Shown piece by piece: positions 1 through 9,783 of a stretch of 29,716 nt of DNA; the stretch's first letter is position 1; every line of letters begins with the position of its first letter. Position numbers and translations under genes: made by a program. The notes under the pieces were generated by a model. That model saw only the letters and a program-made list of their open reading frames with translations. It was not told where the DNA came from and ran no database searches. This DNA is from Albugo candida (Eukaryota), in assembly GCA_040437565.1 (NCBI GenBank), contig JBDOQK010000081.1, positions 62,001-91,716 of the forward strand, read 5' to 3'.

Positions 1-3000
1 GTACTATCGGGTAAGAAGCTCACGCGATTTGAGCGGAAGTTGGGGCTTTCTTTAGAGACTGTTGAGATTCAGCGAGTTGTAGAAAATGTATCCGATGACC
101 ACAACCGCTTTATTTTTCACGTCAATTGTCGTGATACGATGGATACAAACTGGAAAATGATCACATTGGAATGCAGGACTGCGAGAGAGAAACAGAGCTG
201 GTTGAATGCTTTTTTTCATTCCCTTAACGTGAGAATCGATGAGGCCCCACATAGCGATGACATTGAGCAAGTTCCAGGCCTTCTCGATGTCTGCGAAGAC
301 GTACAATCTGAGCAAGCCACAAGACTCTTAGACGTATGCGAAGACGTACCGATCGAGCAGTTTACCAGCCTTCCAGAAGCCTCCGACAAAATTGTAACGG
401 AACAAGCTTCAGGCCTTTTGGACGTCTCTGACGACGTAAAGACCGAACAAGTTCCAGGCCTTTCAGAGGTCTCAGCTGACGAACTAATCGAACCAACCAC
501 AGACTTTGCAGAGGGCTTTGAAGACTTCCAAATTGGCAAAGAACTCGACACAACTCGAGACCTTTTTCGAGCATATCTTGTCCGTTTCTATAACACTTAT
601 AATCCAAGCAAACTCGCTTCTTTGGACGAACTGATTGCTCATTTTTCTGGAAACGATGGAAAGCGACACCTTCTCAAACAATTGGATGCGGTTTATGGCA
701 CATCCGTGTCATCTGATCCCGAAATCACTTCACTGATCGAAGAAAGAAGCACGTTTGTTGGCACAACAAAGCCTGCGATGTTGATGGAAGGATACCTTTT
801 AAAACGCGGTCATCGCATTCCATCCATGAGAAAACGCTATTTTGTACTGCAAAGTGTCGATCCGACTTTGCGATATTTCGAGACGAAAGAGGATGCTGAA
901 GGCTTTGAATGCGGCTCAAAGCCTTTAGGCGAATTTCAGGTTGCTAACGTATGCAGTTGGCACGGCCGAACGCTGACACAGACTCATCGAAATGGAATGC
1001 AAATAGAAGCTCGTGATGGTCGCATTTACTTCTGCGTCGCCTCCAGCGAAATAGAGAAAGAAAACTGGATTCGAGCCTTCCATCACGCAATCGCTAGTCG
1101 AGAGGCGCTATGTGAAGGTCCTGAGACTCTGTCGTCGCCTTTGAGAGAAAAGCTTTCCGAATTTTACGAACGAGTGAATCCATCCAAACTTTGCGACCTC
1201 GACCTTTTACTCCACTGCTACAAAGACCGTGAGACGGCTTTACTAGAAGCAATCGATTTGCATTACGGGACATCGATCACTGCTGATCCAGAATGGCTTC
1301 ATGTCTTGCCTGAGCCATCTCCTTGCCGAGACTTTCGTCTTACGAATGCTTTGGATACACTCAGTTACGAGGGTCAAATCCTTCGAGCTTCACGGACGCT
1401 CCTTACAAGTGATCTCATCTCCTCCGATTTAAATCATTTGTACGATAAAAGCGTGTCGTTGTTTGCTGTGGTTTCCGGAATCACACTCAAGCTGTACAGC
1501 TGTCGTGCTCAATGGAAAGAAGGGACAAAGCCGAATTCTATTGTGACGATTCTCAGCGTGAAAGACTTGATGGAGAATGCTGAAAACGATCTCTCGGGCC
1601 GGTTTGCTATCGAAACAGCCGATCATACGTGGCTGCTCCTTCAGGCTCTCCACCACGAAGACAAAGGTATTTGGCTCAAGGTGCTTCACGCTGCTATCGA
1701 CGCGGTGTTTGGGCAAAGTATCTTGGCGGAAGAGCAGCATAGTTGGCTTGATACACTCGAGAACGTTGTGTGGATAGAAAGAGATCATTCGTTTGAGAGG
1801 AAGGCGCTTGCACTTCGAGGGAATACGTTACGCGTTGGTATCGATAGCGATGAGGTTGTCCTGCTGGTAGAAGGGATTTCGGCATGGGAGGTGGATGTCA
1901 AGGCCTCCGAATTGCCAGAGAAGTACCCATTCCAAATCGATGCGGAAGGTGGAGTCAAACTGCGCTGTTTGGTCGAAAACGACGTTATTCGTGCGCATTG
2001 GATCCGCACAATTCGACGAAATGTGAATAGACCTGAAAACCGTTCAAGTTTGCTGCAGACTTCCCATATACGTCCAAATTCCCACATGGAAACCATAAGT
2101 TCTCAAGAGCTTGTAGTGGGTCCTTTGCTTGCTTGGAAGCATCTTGAGGCGAGTTCATTGCCAGTTTTGGTGTGTGGCGTGCTGCAAGATAATCACTTAC
2201 AATTGAAGAAATTTGGAACGGAGAATTCGAGCCATTGTGATGTATTTGTGGAAGGCTTTGTCCTAGAGATGAAGGCCTGGAAAGCTACTCTTCATGAGGA
2301 AATGAATGGTGGCGTGCAGGTCGATTTTTGTATAAAGCCTGGCGCTGAGCGTCCTGAAACAGCGTACATAGCCTTCACAAACGCGCAAGTAAGAACGCAA
2401 TGGTATGAGGTATTCCCCAAAACGACAATTCTCTCCGACAGGGAAACACATTCCAACGTTTCAGTAGAGGAAGTGAAAATAGCAGAGAATAAAGTCTGTG
2501 CTGAATCGGGTCGGGGAATCGCAAATTGCATGTTGGAGGGTCATCTGGAAATCCGATCGAATTGGAGCGATTCCCATTGGCATTTCAATGTATCACTCCA
2601 AAAAGCGTGGAAGAAATACTATGTGGTCGTTGACGCTGAGACATCGTCGAGTGTCGTACATTGGCTCATATATGCGACTCGGAGTGATGCGGTCACATCA
2701 TCGGCGGCCCTTACGTCATCAAAGAAGGTCGATGGCCCTCTTCAGGTGTACAATGTGATCGGAGGCTCTGAGATGGATACTAATGAGTGGTTCTACTTTG
2801 AAGTGATGTATTGGACGGACGAGTCTGACACCTCACAGAACGATATTTTGCATTGCCGAACAAAAAGTGCTGAGGATCGAAATCGTTGGCTGAATGGAAT
2901 CAAAGACGCGATCAGAGTGTGTGAGAGCTACTTGAGACGAGAGAAAGAGTCGTTAGAGATTCGATCGAAACTTCAAATTCTGGAATTAGATGCCAGACGT

Positions 3001-3426
3001 CAGTCGATTCAAATCAGAGAATCCCTTCAGATCGCATTAGAGGCTGTTTCTGACTCTGATTCCTCTCAGGATGCAATCTCGATGGAAAGTCGTAATTGTA
3101 CAGACGATGAGCTATACCAGAATGATTGTACACTTGATCTAGAGACTTTGCCGATGCGTCCCGAATTGAATGCATTCGAGAGGGACGAATTGTCTGTACC
3201 TCAAGCGAGCACAAAGCTTTCATTTTGGACTGCTTGGCCCCATACTGTGACTGAGTATGTTCAGAAAACATTCACATGCATTCCTCGCTCGAATGAATGT
3301 GCTCCAATGTGTCACATCTTCTTCCCCGATACAAATTGTCATTTTGTCGCAGATATCACCGGCGTCAGTGATCCGCATAGATGCGGGAAGCAGTATACGT
3401 GCGATTACTTCTCGCAAGATGCCTGA
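1..3426 (+). CDS. Large multi-PH-domain protein, 5'-partial (frame is open from base 1; the TTG at 40 is not the true start)
   Basis: Uninterrupted frame 1-3426. One clear PH domain at ~781-1095 (MEGYLLKRGHRIPSMRKRYFVL...FCVASSEIEKENWIRAFHHAI). Five further PH-type C-terminal helices with the conserved Trp: EKQSWLNAF, DKGIWLKVL, IRAHWIRTI, VRTQWYEVF, DRNRWLNGI. A second PH N-terminus reads MLEGHLEIR...WKKYYVVV. Confidence 0.88.
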   Translation, partial: VLSGKKLTRFERKLGLSLETVEIQRVVENVSDDHNRFIFHVNCRDTMDTNWKMITLECRTAREKQSWLNAFFHSLNVRIDEAPHSDDIEQVPGLLDVCEDVQSEQATRLLDVCEDVPIEQFTSLPEASDKIVTEQASGLLDVSDDVKTEQVPGLSEVSADELIEPTTDFAEGFEDFQIGKELDTTRDLFRAYLVRFYNTYNPSKLASLDELIAHFSGNDGKRHLLKQLDAVYGTSVSSDPEITSLIEERSTFVGTTKPAMLMEGYLLKRGHRIPSMRKRYFVLQSVDPTLRYFETKEDAEGFECGSKPLGEFQVANVCSWHGRTLTQTHRNGMQIEARDGRIYFCVASSEIEKENWIRAFHHAIASREALCEGPETLSSPLREKLSEFYERVNPSKLCDLDLLLHCYKDRETALLEAIDLHYGTSITADPEWLHVLPEPSPCRDFRLTNALDTLSYEGQILRASRTLLTSDLISSDLNHLYDKSVSLFAVVSGITLKLYSCRAQWKEGTKPNSIVTILSVKDLMENAENDLSGRFAIETADHTWLLLQALHHEDKGIWLKVLHAAIDAVFGQSILAEEQHSWLDTLENVVWIERDHSFERKALALRGNTLRVGIDSDEVVLLVEGISAWEVDVKASELPEKYPFQIDAEGGVKLRCLVENDVIRAHWIRTIRRNVNRPENRSSLLQTSHIRPNSHMETISSQELVVGPLLAWKHLEASSLPVLVCGVLQDNHLQLKKFGTENSSHCDVFVEGFVLEMKAWKATLHEEMNGGVQVDFCIKPGAERPETAYIAFTNAQVRTQWYEVFPKTTILSDRETHSNVSVEEVKIAENKVCAESGRGIANCMLEGHLEIRSNWSDSHWHFNVSLQKAWKKYYVVVDAETSSSVVHWLIYATRSDAVTSSAALTSSKKVDGPLQVYNVIGGSEMDTNEWFYFEVMYWTDESDTSQNDILHCRTKSAEDRNRWLNGIKDAIRVCESYLRREKESLEIRSKLQILELDARRQSIQIRESLQIALEAVSDSDSSQDAISMESRNCTDDELYQNDCTLDLETLPMRPELNAFERDELSVPQASTKLSFWTAWPHTVTEYVQKTFTCIPRSNECAPMCHIFFPDTNCHFVADITGVSDPHRCGKQYTCDYFSQDA
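265..534 (+). repeat. Coding tandem repeat, 6 x 45 nt (15-aa acidic unit EQxxxLxxVxxDVxx)
   Basis: Units start at 265, 310, 355, 400, 445 and 490: EQVPGLLDVCEDVQS, EQATRLLDVCEDVPI, EQFTSLPEASDKIVT, EQASGLLDVSDDVKT, EQVPGLSEVSADELI, EPTTDFAEGFEDFQI. Confidence 0.9.
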
Positions 3427-3779
3427 AGGAAAACGCTGTACTCCATATTTTGTATCCTTTTTGCATCGGGCACCGATACGGTCTACTAATTGGACAACAG
3501 CCGAAGATTTGTACTTACCGTATGCAACTGACTACAGTATCTGCTTCGGCTGGATATACTGAGGAAAGTGCAGATGTAAAAGTACTGAATCCGGAATAGC
3601 GTGCGTTCACTGATTCCACATGTTGAAGATTTGACTCTATGGTTGTATTATACATTACATGCGGTGGGAGTCTTTCATTTTGCCATATGGGAATTCTGGT
3701 AGCACTTAGAGGACGACACCCGAAATTTATTGGGTCTTGTGTGTTGGCATACCGATCGTATTCATGGATAGAAACTGCC

Positions 3780-5276
3780 TTGATCGCACTCCCTTGAACC
3801 TTGACGAAGACGACGCGCTTTGATGCTTCTTACATTCCCCCACATTTATCGTACCGCTCTCGTTGACGACCTGTAAATAGACCCACATCTTCATCAACTT
3901 ACTCGGAGGATACAGTGTGTGAGTAAGACATGCCTTGGACTCGAACATGACGCAACACAAGTAATTGTTCGTGGGTCACATATTATAGAATATAGAGATT
4001 GTTCGAAGTGTTTTCTCGAAGAGGATATTGGAAGGAGACATCAAGATGGAGTTTTGGGAGACAATTGAGATCTCACGACATCATTTATATATTTTGATGA
4101 TCGAGACGTATTGCTTTTTTTTATAACGATAGTGAGCGCTTTTAAAGCATTGATTTGCGGTAAAAGATAATCGTACAAGATCCTCGTCATAAACGAAACA
4201 CAAGGGGCAGATGATGCTTTGAAACGATTGATTCATGTTCAGACTCGAGGGGGTGCCTGAGGAGGAAAAGTTGGCTTCAGCGTCTTTACGAACAAGATTC
4301 GTAAATGGCCATCCTTATTGCCGTGATTAAGCTCGACCCATTTGTTAACTGCGACATCCTCAAATCACCAGTTCATCTGATCCGCAGTCAGGACACAAAT
4401 AACTTACTGAAAAAAATTGACCACGCTTGGACTAAAGGTGCAAAAGTGTAGTATGATAGATAGCATCCATAATGCAACCATCCAAGAGGATGGACAGAAC
4501 AAAGCATGGATTGATATAAATAGGAACCTAGCAGTATATCTTGCTCGTGTCGGTGGGTACCTTGATCCTCATCTGAGATCGCTGTCACTCGACATAATAT
4601 ACCCAATACGAGGTATGTGTCTGGGAAGGCACAATAGGCGCATACCACACTTATGAAGTGCATTCTGTCTTAGCTGAGTCACAGTAGTTCGAGGTCCGGG
4701 CTTCCATAAATGCGATGATTTACCAGGCTAAATTACGTCTGAGCGAGAAAGAGTGCGAAAGTTGTCTTAATATCGTGCAGTATACCTGAAAATTGAAGAT
4801 ATCAAGAATCGACTCTTCTCATTACAGCAGTTCCTTATCGGCGTTTAGTTTGCTCAACTTCCTCAGGCTATGAAAATAATATCACGCGAGCGAAGATGCA
4901 GCACGCAGGTACCTCAGGCTAAAACTGATCAATGGTGTTGCATTTAGAATGTGACTTGATCTCTGATCAACGAATAGACGGATATTACACCATAGGAATG
5001 CTTTTAGTGCTCGAGGCACTTGATAGCTGATATACATGCAGCGAAATATGATACTTCCGCCGATTTTGGCTTCTCTTTGGTGTAGCTAAGGTCGGCTAAA
5101 CTTCATATCAAATGCAGGACCTCACTAGTATTGTTTTTCATTGGCATGTATAGGACAAAGCATATGGTGCGAGCTTACTATTATCGAAGGGTAGAAAAGA
5201 AAGGCAGTAATACTTTGATACCTTCGCCACATCATAAACGTCTCTGTCATCATTTTGCAACACGGGAGGGGGGGGG
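3780..5276 (+). pseudogene. Decayed copy A of an unidentified local gene-like family (boundaries approximate)
   Basis: Colinear nucleotide homology to ~25800-27150, e.g. cttgacgaagacgac, aacatgacgcaacacaagtaa, gatgatcgagacg, gcgatgatttaccagg, tgcaggacctcac. Weaker homology to 6150-8520. All frames carry stops or frameshifts. Coding origin and strand are inferred from shared + strand peptide remnants (FWET/FWDT, ETHC/ETYC, SYKI). Confidence 0.5.
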
Positions 5277-6149
5277 NNNNNNNNNNNNNNNNNNNNNNNN
5301 NNNNNNNNNNNNNNNNNNNNNNNNNNNNNNNNNNNNNNNNNNNNNNNNNNNNNNNNNNNNNNNNNNNNNNNNNNNNCATTTTTAATGATGAACCATCCCT
5401 CTTCTACGTCACGCTCATTCAAATCTCAACATGCAGAGCCGTCAAATGACCCTCTATCTCTTACTTTAGGTCCATACCAGCACGGAAATCCAAAGCGAAG
5501 GCTATAGATGCAACGAACACGACACTCCGAATCATATTCAACTCTTCCGGCAGAGAGCGCGAGTGGCAAGCAGGATACCGACGTCACCATTACCAATAGC
5601 TGAAAGATACACAAGTAGACCGAATAAGAATCTGTTTACGGGAATAATATGATCTGTTTGCTTTCGAACAAATTGCCGATTACGATGTTAGTAGGGAAAC
5701 TATGCTATTTACTTGCTACTGCTCACCAAATGATTGAGTGAAGCCGTCTGTCACNNNNNNNNNNNNNNNNNNNNNNNNNNNNNNNNNNNNNNNNNNNNNN
5801 NNNNNNNNNNNNNNNNNNNNNNNNNNNNNNNNNNNNNNNNNNNNNNNNNNNNNNACCATATGTGTGATGAAAGTGCAGATGTTATTGTACTACATTGGAC
5901 CAGCGTGCGTCTACTGACATCACATGTTGAAGTACTAAATCAGAATAGCGTACTTTCCTGATACCACATGTTTTAGATTTGACTTGTGATTCTATTTTTA
6001 TTCACATGCAGTGGGAGCTTTTCGCTTTGCCAGATGAATACCCTGTCTGCGCCCAGAAGCGTGATACGAAATCTTGCGGTCAATTTATCAGATCTTACTA
6101 TCCTAATCTCTCTAAGGAAGCGCCTGCTCACACAGAAGGAATGAGTTTG

Positions 6150-8520
6150 GAATCAAGAGAAGGGTTCAAGGAGCACAGGTAAAACAATCAAAGAATACCT
6201 GGACTGTATTAGATGGGATGTTATTAAGTAGTATGCCGATCGATTCATGAATGAGCTCATTTGTCATTCTTCATCCTCGTATGCGTTAGGATATCGAAGC
6301 TGTATGGAGACTGTGTTTTTTCGCGCTGATTGTACTTTTGTGACAGCTTGATGAAGTCGACTGGTATTATTGGTTCTGATGCTCCTTCCACGTTCAGTGT
6401 AGCACTCCTGGGAGACCTGTATGGTTGTAGCGAGAATTAAACTCGAACACACGAACATACCCCATAATAAGAATCTGCTAGCGATTCGAATTTATAGAAC
6501 AGATAGAAAAGTTCGACAGGTTCCCAAAGAAATGGATCACTCAAAGACAAAATTGGTACATTGTCTTAAGAATACATAAAATGCAGTTTTGGGAGACTGA
6601 TAAGACATTGCGATATCACGTATATATTTGTGCGTTGGGGGAACGAGACGCACTGCTTATTTTCTCTCACCGAAAGTGAACATTCCCAGACCATTTCATG
6701 CGTTAAGCGACAATCGTACAAGATCCTAGTCATAATAAAAATCAAGATGCAGATGACCAATCGTAGCCATTTCTCCACCTCTAGACTCGAGTGGACACCC
6801 AGAAAGAAGATTAGTGCAGTCGATAGACAAATCTATTTTATGGAAAAGGCCTTCGGAGGGTCAATAAAAGTAACTCAGTTGCCGCATTTTCTAAACGAAA
6901 TCCAGATGAGAAGCCACTATTTTTAGATGAACGAAATTAATTGATACTGTCGACAGTTGACCTTCGATAGTCAGCGATTTTTGTATATAATGTATATTTT
7001 ATCACCACTCCATTCTGGTTCTTAGTCAAACCACAAAGTATTTACTAAAATAAGATTGGCCATGCTTGAACTCTAAATATGTTGTCAGGATAGCCAGCGA
7101 AGTTTATCAACTTGAGGTGTGCAATGATAAAAGCGCAAAAAACAAAGCATTAATCAAGATTCAGTACTGCGAGGTTGCCTTTTTCCTTCTCAAATTCAGA
7201 TTATTCTGAAGGAAAGCATCTATGATGCGAATACGCAAAAGTTGTAACGGGAAAACGCATTAGTCAAGAGAAATAAGAGCCTAAGAACATCGGTAAGAAG
7301 AGTGTAGTTTCTCATTACAATTTTCCGAGAAGGATCCACACAGTGACGTTTTATCAATATTAAACAGCAAACTGTCTTCTCCTAGGATTATAAGCGCATT
7401 TTGTAATTTATCAGCATAAGTATATATTGCTGTTGTCGTTAGGTGCCTTGATGTCGATCTGAGATCACATACCTGAGGATTTAACATGATGCATCGAGGC
7501 ATATTCTTCCTGAGCCATTAGTCTTATTGGAACGAATATGGTTTGATAGGCGTGAACTGGCGCATGCCACACGTATAATGAAGAGCGCTCTATTTCAGCC
7601 TAGATCAACAAAGTATGCGGCAAGAGAAGCGCTTAATATTCATTTCTTGTTTGCTCTATCTGCCAAGCAAAGAATGCTTCTCAGCTTGCGCTCTTATTAC
7701 TAATCACTACCATCAAATCTCATGTGTGATATGCCTTTTTGAGTTTGCGCTTCCATAACACCAGGATAAATTACGACTGAGCTGAAATAGTGCGAAAAGT
7801 TTTCCTAGTAGAGTGGAACATAGCTGAATAAGTGGGATTGAACTTCATGATCATGCAGCCGTTAGAAATGAGGATTAAGAGTTCGCAAGTCCATGATGGA
7901 CCCTTCTCTCATGTAACAACATGACTGATGTCGCCGGATCTAAAAGAGACATACATGTAATTGAGTGGTGTAAGCCGCAATTCTCTGAGTACATGAAACA
8001 CTCTTATTTTGAGCTGCTTCATTCAAGCAAATAGTATAGTACAGTTCCAACAGCTTCCTTGAAATTGCTAGTACCGAAAAGTTTGCTGTATCGATTTTCC
8101 ATTTGAAGACTCGACTTTATACACCTGGATACACACTTGAAGGGTATGGCTATCATGGAAAGATTAAAATCGCTGACGCTCCCAGTGTTTCCGAGAATAT
8201 GAAACGAGCTGCGAAGATCAAAAGGACGATGCTGTGGCTATGCCGATACATTATAAATAGAATTTATCGCGCAAGTCAGAAATAAGCATTTTTTGATCGC
8301 TGATGAGAATATCTAGACAGACGTTACACCGTGGAGATTTTTTTTCTGCTGGAAGCACTTTGAAGCTACATATGTCGGACGAGCTATCATGGACACGCCG
8401 TTCTTGTCTTCTCTTCTATCAGCTAGCGTCAGCTGGACTTTGTCGCTATTTATAAAACATTGACTGCAAGACAATTCCAACTACTATGCTGCCAGCAGAT
8501 GGAGAATATCACGGGCATTA
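6150..8520 (+). pseudogene. Decayed copy B of the same family, more diverged (boundaries approximate)
   Basis: Shares with copies A/C: gaatcaaga..gttcaag (6150 vs 25643), atgagctcatttgtcattcttc, ttttgggagac, aatcgtacaagatcct, ccaggataaattacgactga (7761 vs 26470), and ttgactgcaagacaatt (8460) vs ttgactgcgagacaatt (26948). Confidence 0.45.
6255..6270 (+). promoter_or_regulatory. Oomycete Inr/FPR-like core promoter motif at the head of decayed copy B
   Basis: GCTCATTTGTCATTCT matches the oomycete Inr+FPR consensus GCTCATTYYNCAWTTT at 14 of 16 positions. It is followed by ATG at 6281 and a hydrophobic stretch (VWRLCFFALIVLL). The identical 16-mer occurs at 25739-25754. Confidence 0.45.
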
Positions 8521-9190
8521 TTCTTCGTTTGGATATAGAGGACGGCAAACTTGATTCAATCGTACTGATCGAGAAGGTTTCAAAAAAGATGTAGTGATCC
8601 TCTAAATGATTTAAGCCACATCTTAATCATGTTCGGCATCGTTTCGAAATACTTCTGGTACAAAAGTTTCGAAGACGTGACGCTTTCCAATCTCCACCGC
8701 TTTTGGACTCTGTGGAATATCAGTCACACGTGCGCTATCTTGGATTGACAAATTTGCAACTCAAAATCATCTCGATCAATTGATTCGAGCTAGGTTCATT
8801 GTAGCCGGGAAATGATGATAAATGAGATTGAACGGAGAAGGCAACGGCATCACCTGAAAAGCGACAAAAAATGTTGAAGTCGAGAATACAACCAAGGTTA
8901 ACACGACTTGATCCAAGACAAAAATGTGTTATACTTAGCATCAACAGCTTCATTTCTCCTCCCGATATGATTAATATTTGTTTAAGAACAGAATTCTCTC
9001 TCAGTAAACCAATTTTTAGATATCAAGTCGATCCGAGCCGTGATATACCGCAAAGATGGTTTCCTTCGTAAAGCTTGATAGAGTTCCATCTTCCATGACG
9101 AATCCTCCCTTTTCTTTGATATTTCGAGACGCACATCTCAAATATGTAAAAATTCAACGACAAAGAAATCGAGAACACTTTATCGTAAAT

Positions 9191-9382
9191 TTATTTGCGG
9201 GAAGAGAATCAGATCCACGTGAATATATGCGGGACGAGAACCAGAGCCACATGATTATACGCGGGAAGAGAACCAGAGCCACATGATTATATGCGGGAAG
9301 AGAACCAGAGCCACGTGAATACATGCGGGAAGAGATCCAGAGTCACGTGATTATTTGCGGGAAGAGAACTAAAGCCACGTGA
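9191..9382. repeat. Minisatellite, 6 x 32 bp (consensus wTAtwTGCGGGAAGAGAACCAGAGCCACRTGA)
   Basis: Head-to-tail units start at 9191, 9223, 9255, 9287, 9319 and 9351, with no spacers and only a few substitutions per unit. Confidence 0.95.
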
Positions 9383-9544
9383 ATCACTTATCAGAAATTT
9401 TGACAAGTTTGTGTCCAGAACTGTTATAGGTATCATCTGATTATGGTCACGGATCAGGTGCTAAACTTTCAGTCAAGTGCGTGATTTAATGCCCCACGAG
9501 AACTCAAGAGTTAGCTTAATAATTCCACTCACTGTGGTCTTAAA

Positions 9545-9783
9545 TATCACTTTTCTGGATAGATGAAAAAGTTGTGCGACCGTATGTTAAATACCTATGC
9601 ATAATCCGTACTATCGACTATTCTTAAGAAATAAATCCAACCATGTTCTTTCTTGGCCTTTCTCAGATGATGCAGAACCAGCATCAAGAGATATATGTAC
9701 GTTGTACGTCATTCAGATCATGATGATGAAGAGTTCAAAACCACTTATAATTTTGTGCATAATACCATTCCGACTTTGGAAGC
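9545..9783 (+). promoter_or_regulatory. Conserved upstream (promoter/5' UTR) block shared by the two GH28 paralogs
   Basis: Aligns colinearly to 28846-29111 (tttctgga.agat, gtgcgac.gtat, tatgcataat.cgt.ctatc, tcagat.atg.agaa.cagcat, cagatcatg, accactt). Both end in the identical ACTTTGGAAGC-ATG. Confidence 0.6.

Noticed and set aside
52-3417. Numerous short ORFs overlapping the PH gene, mostly antisense (e.g. 216-551, 1429-1788, 1785-2096)
   Set aside because: Shadow frames of the long + strand CDS and its repeat, with no recognisable motifs.
5264-5380. Poly-G run as a G-quadruplex element, or a hidden gene in gap 5277-5376
   Set aside because: Copy C reads TTGGGGGGAGCATT at the homologous point and the sequence after the gap starts CATT, suggesting a homopolymer-caused gap of little real length.
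5125-5961. ORFs containing long X runs (also at 13647-14041, 16348-16813, 18577-18965, 28124-28384)
   Set aside because: Created by translation through the 100-N gaps.
9191-9382. 32-bp repeats as a CRISPR array
   Set aside because: Units are contiguous with no unique spacers, there are no cas genes, and the context is eukaryotic.
9765-9783. CCATTCCGACTTTG as an Inr/FPR core promoter for GH28-1
   Set aside because: Only a partial match, and the Inr part is not conserved in paralog 2; needs TSS data.
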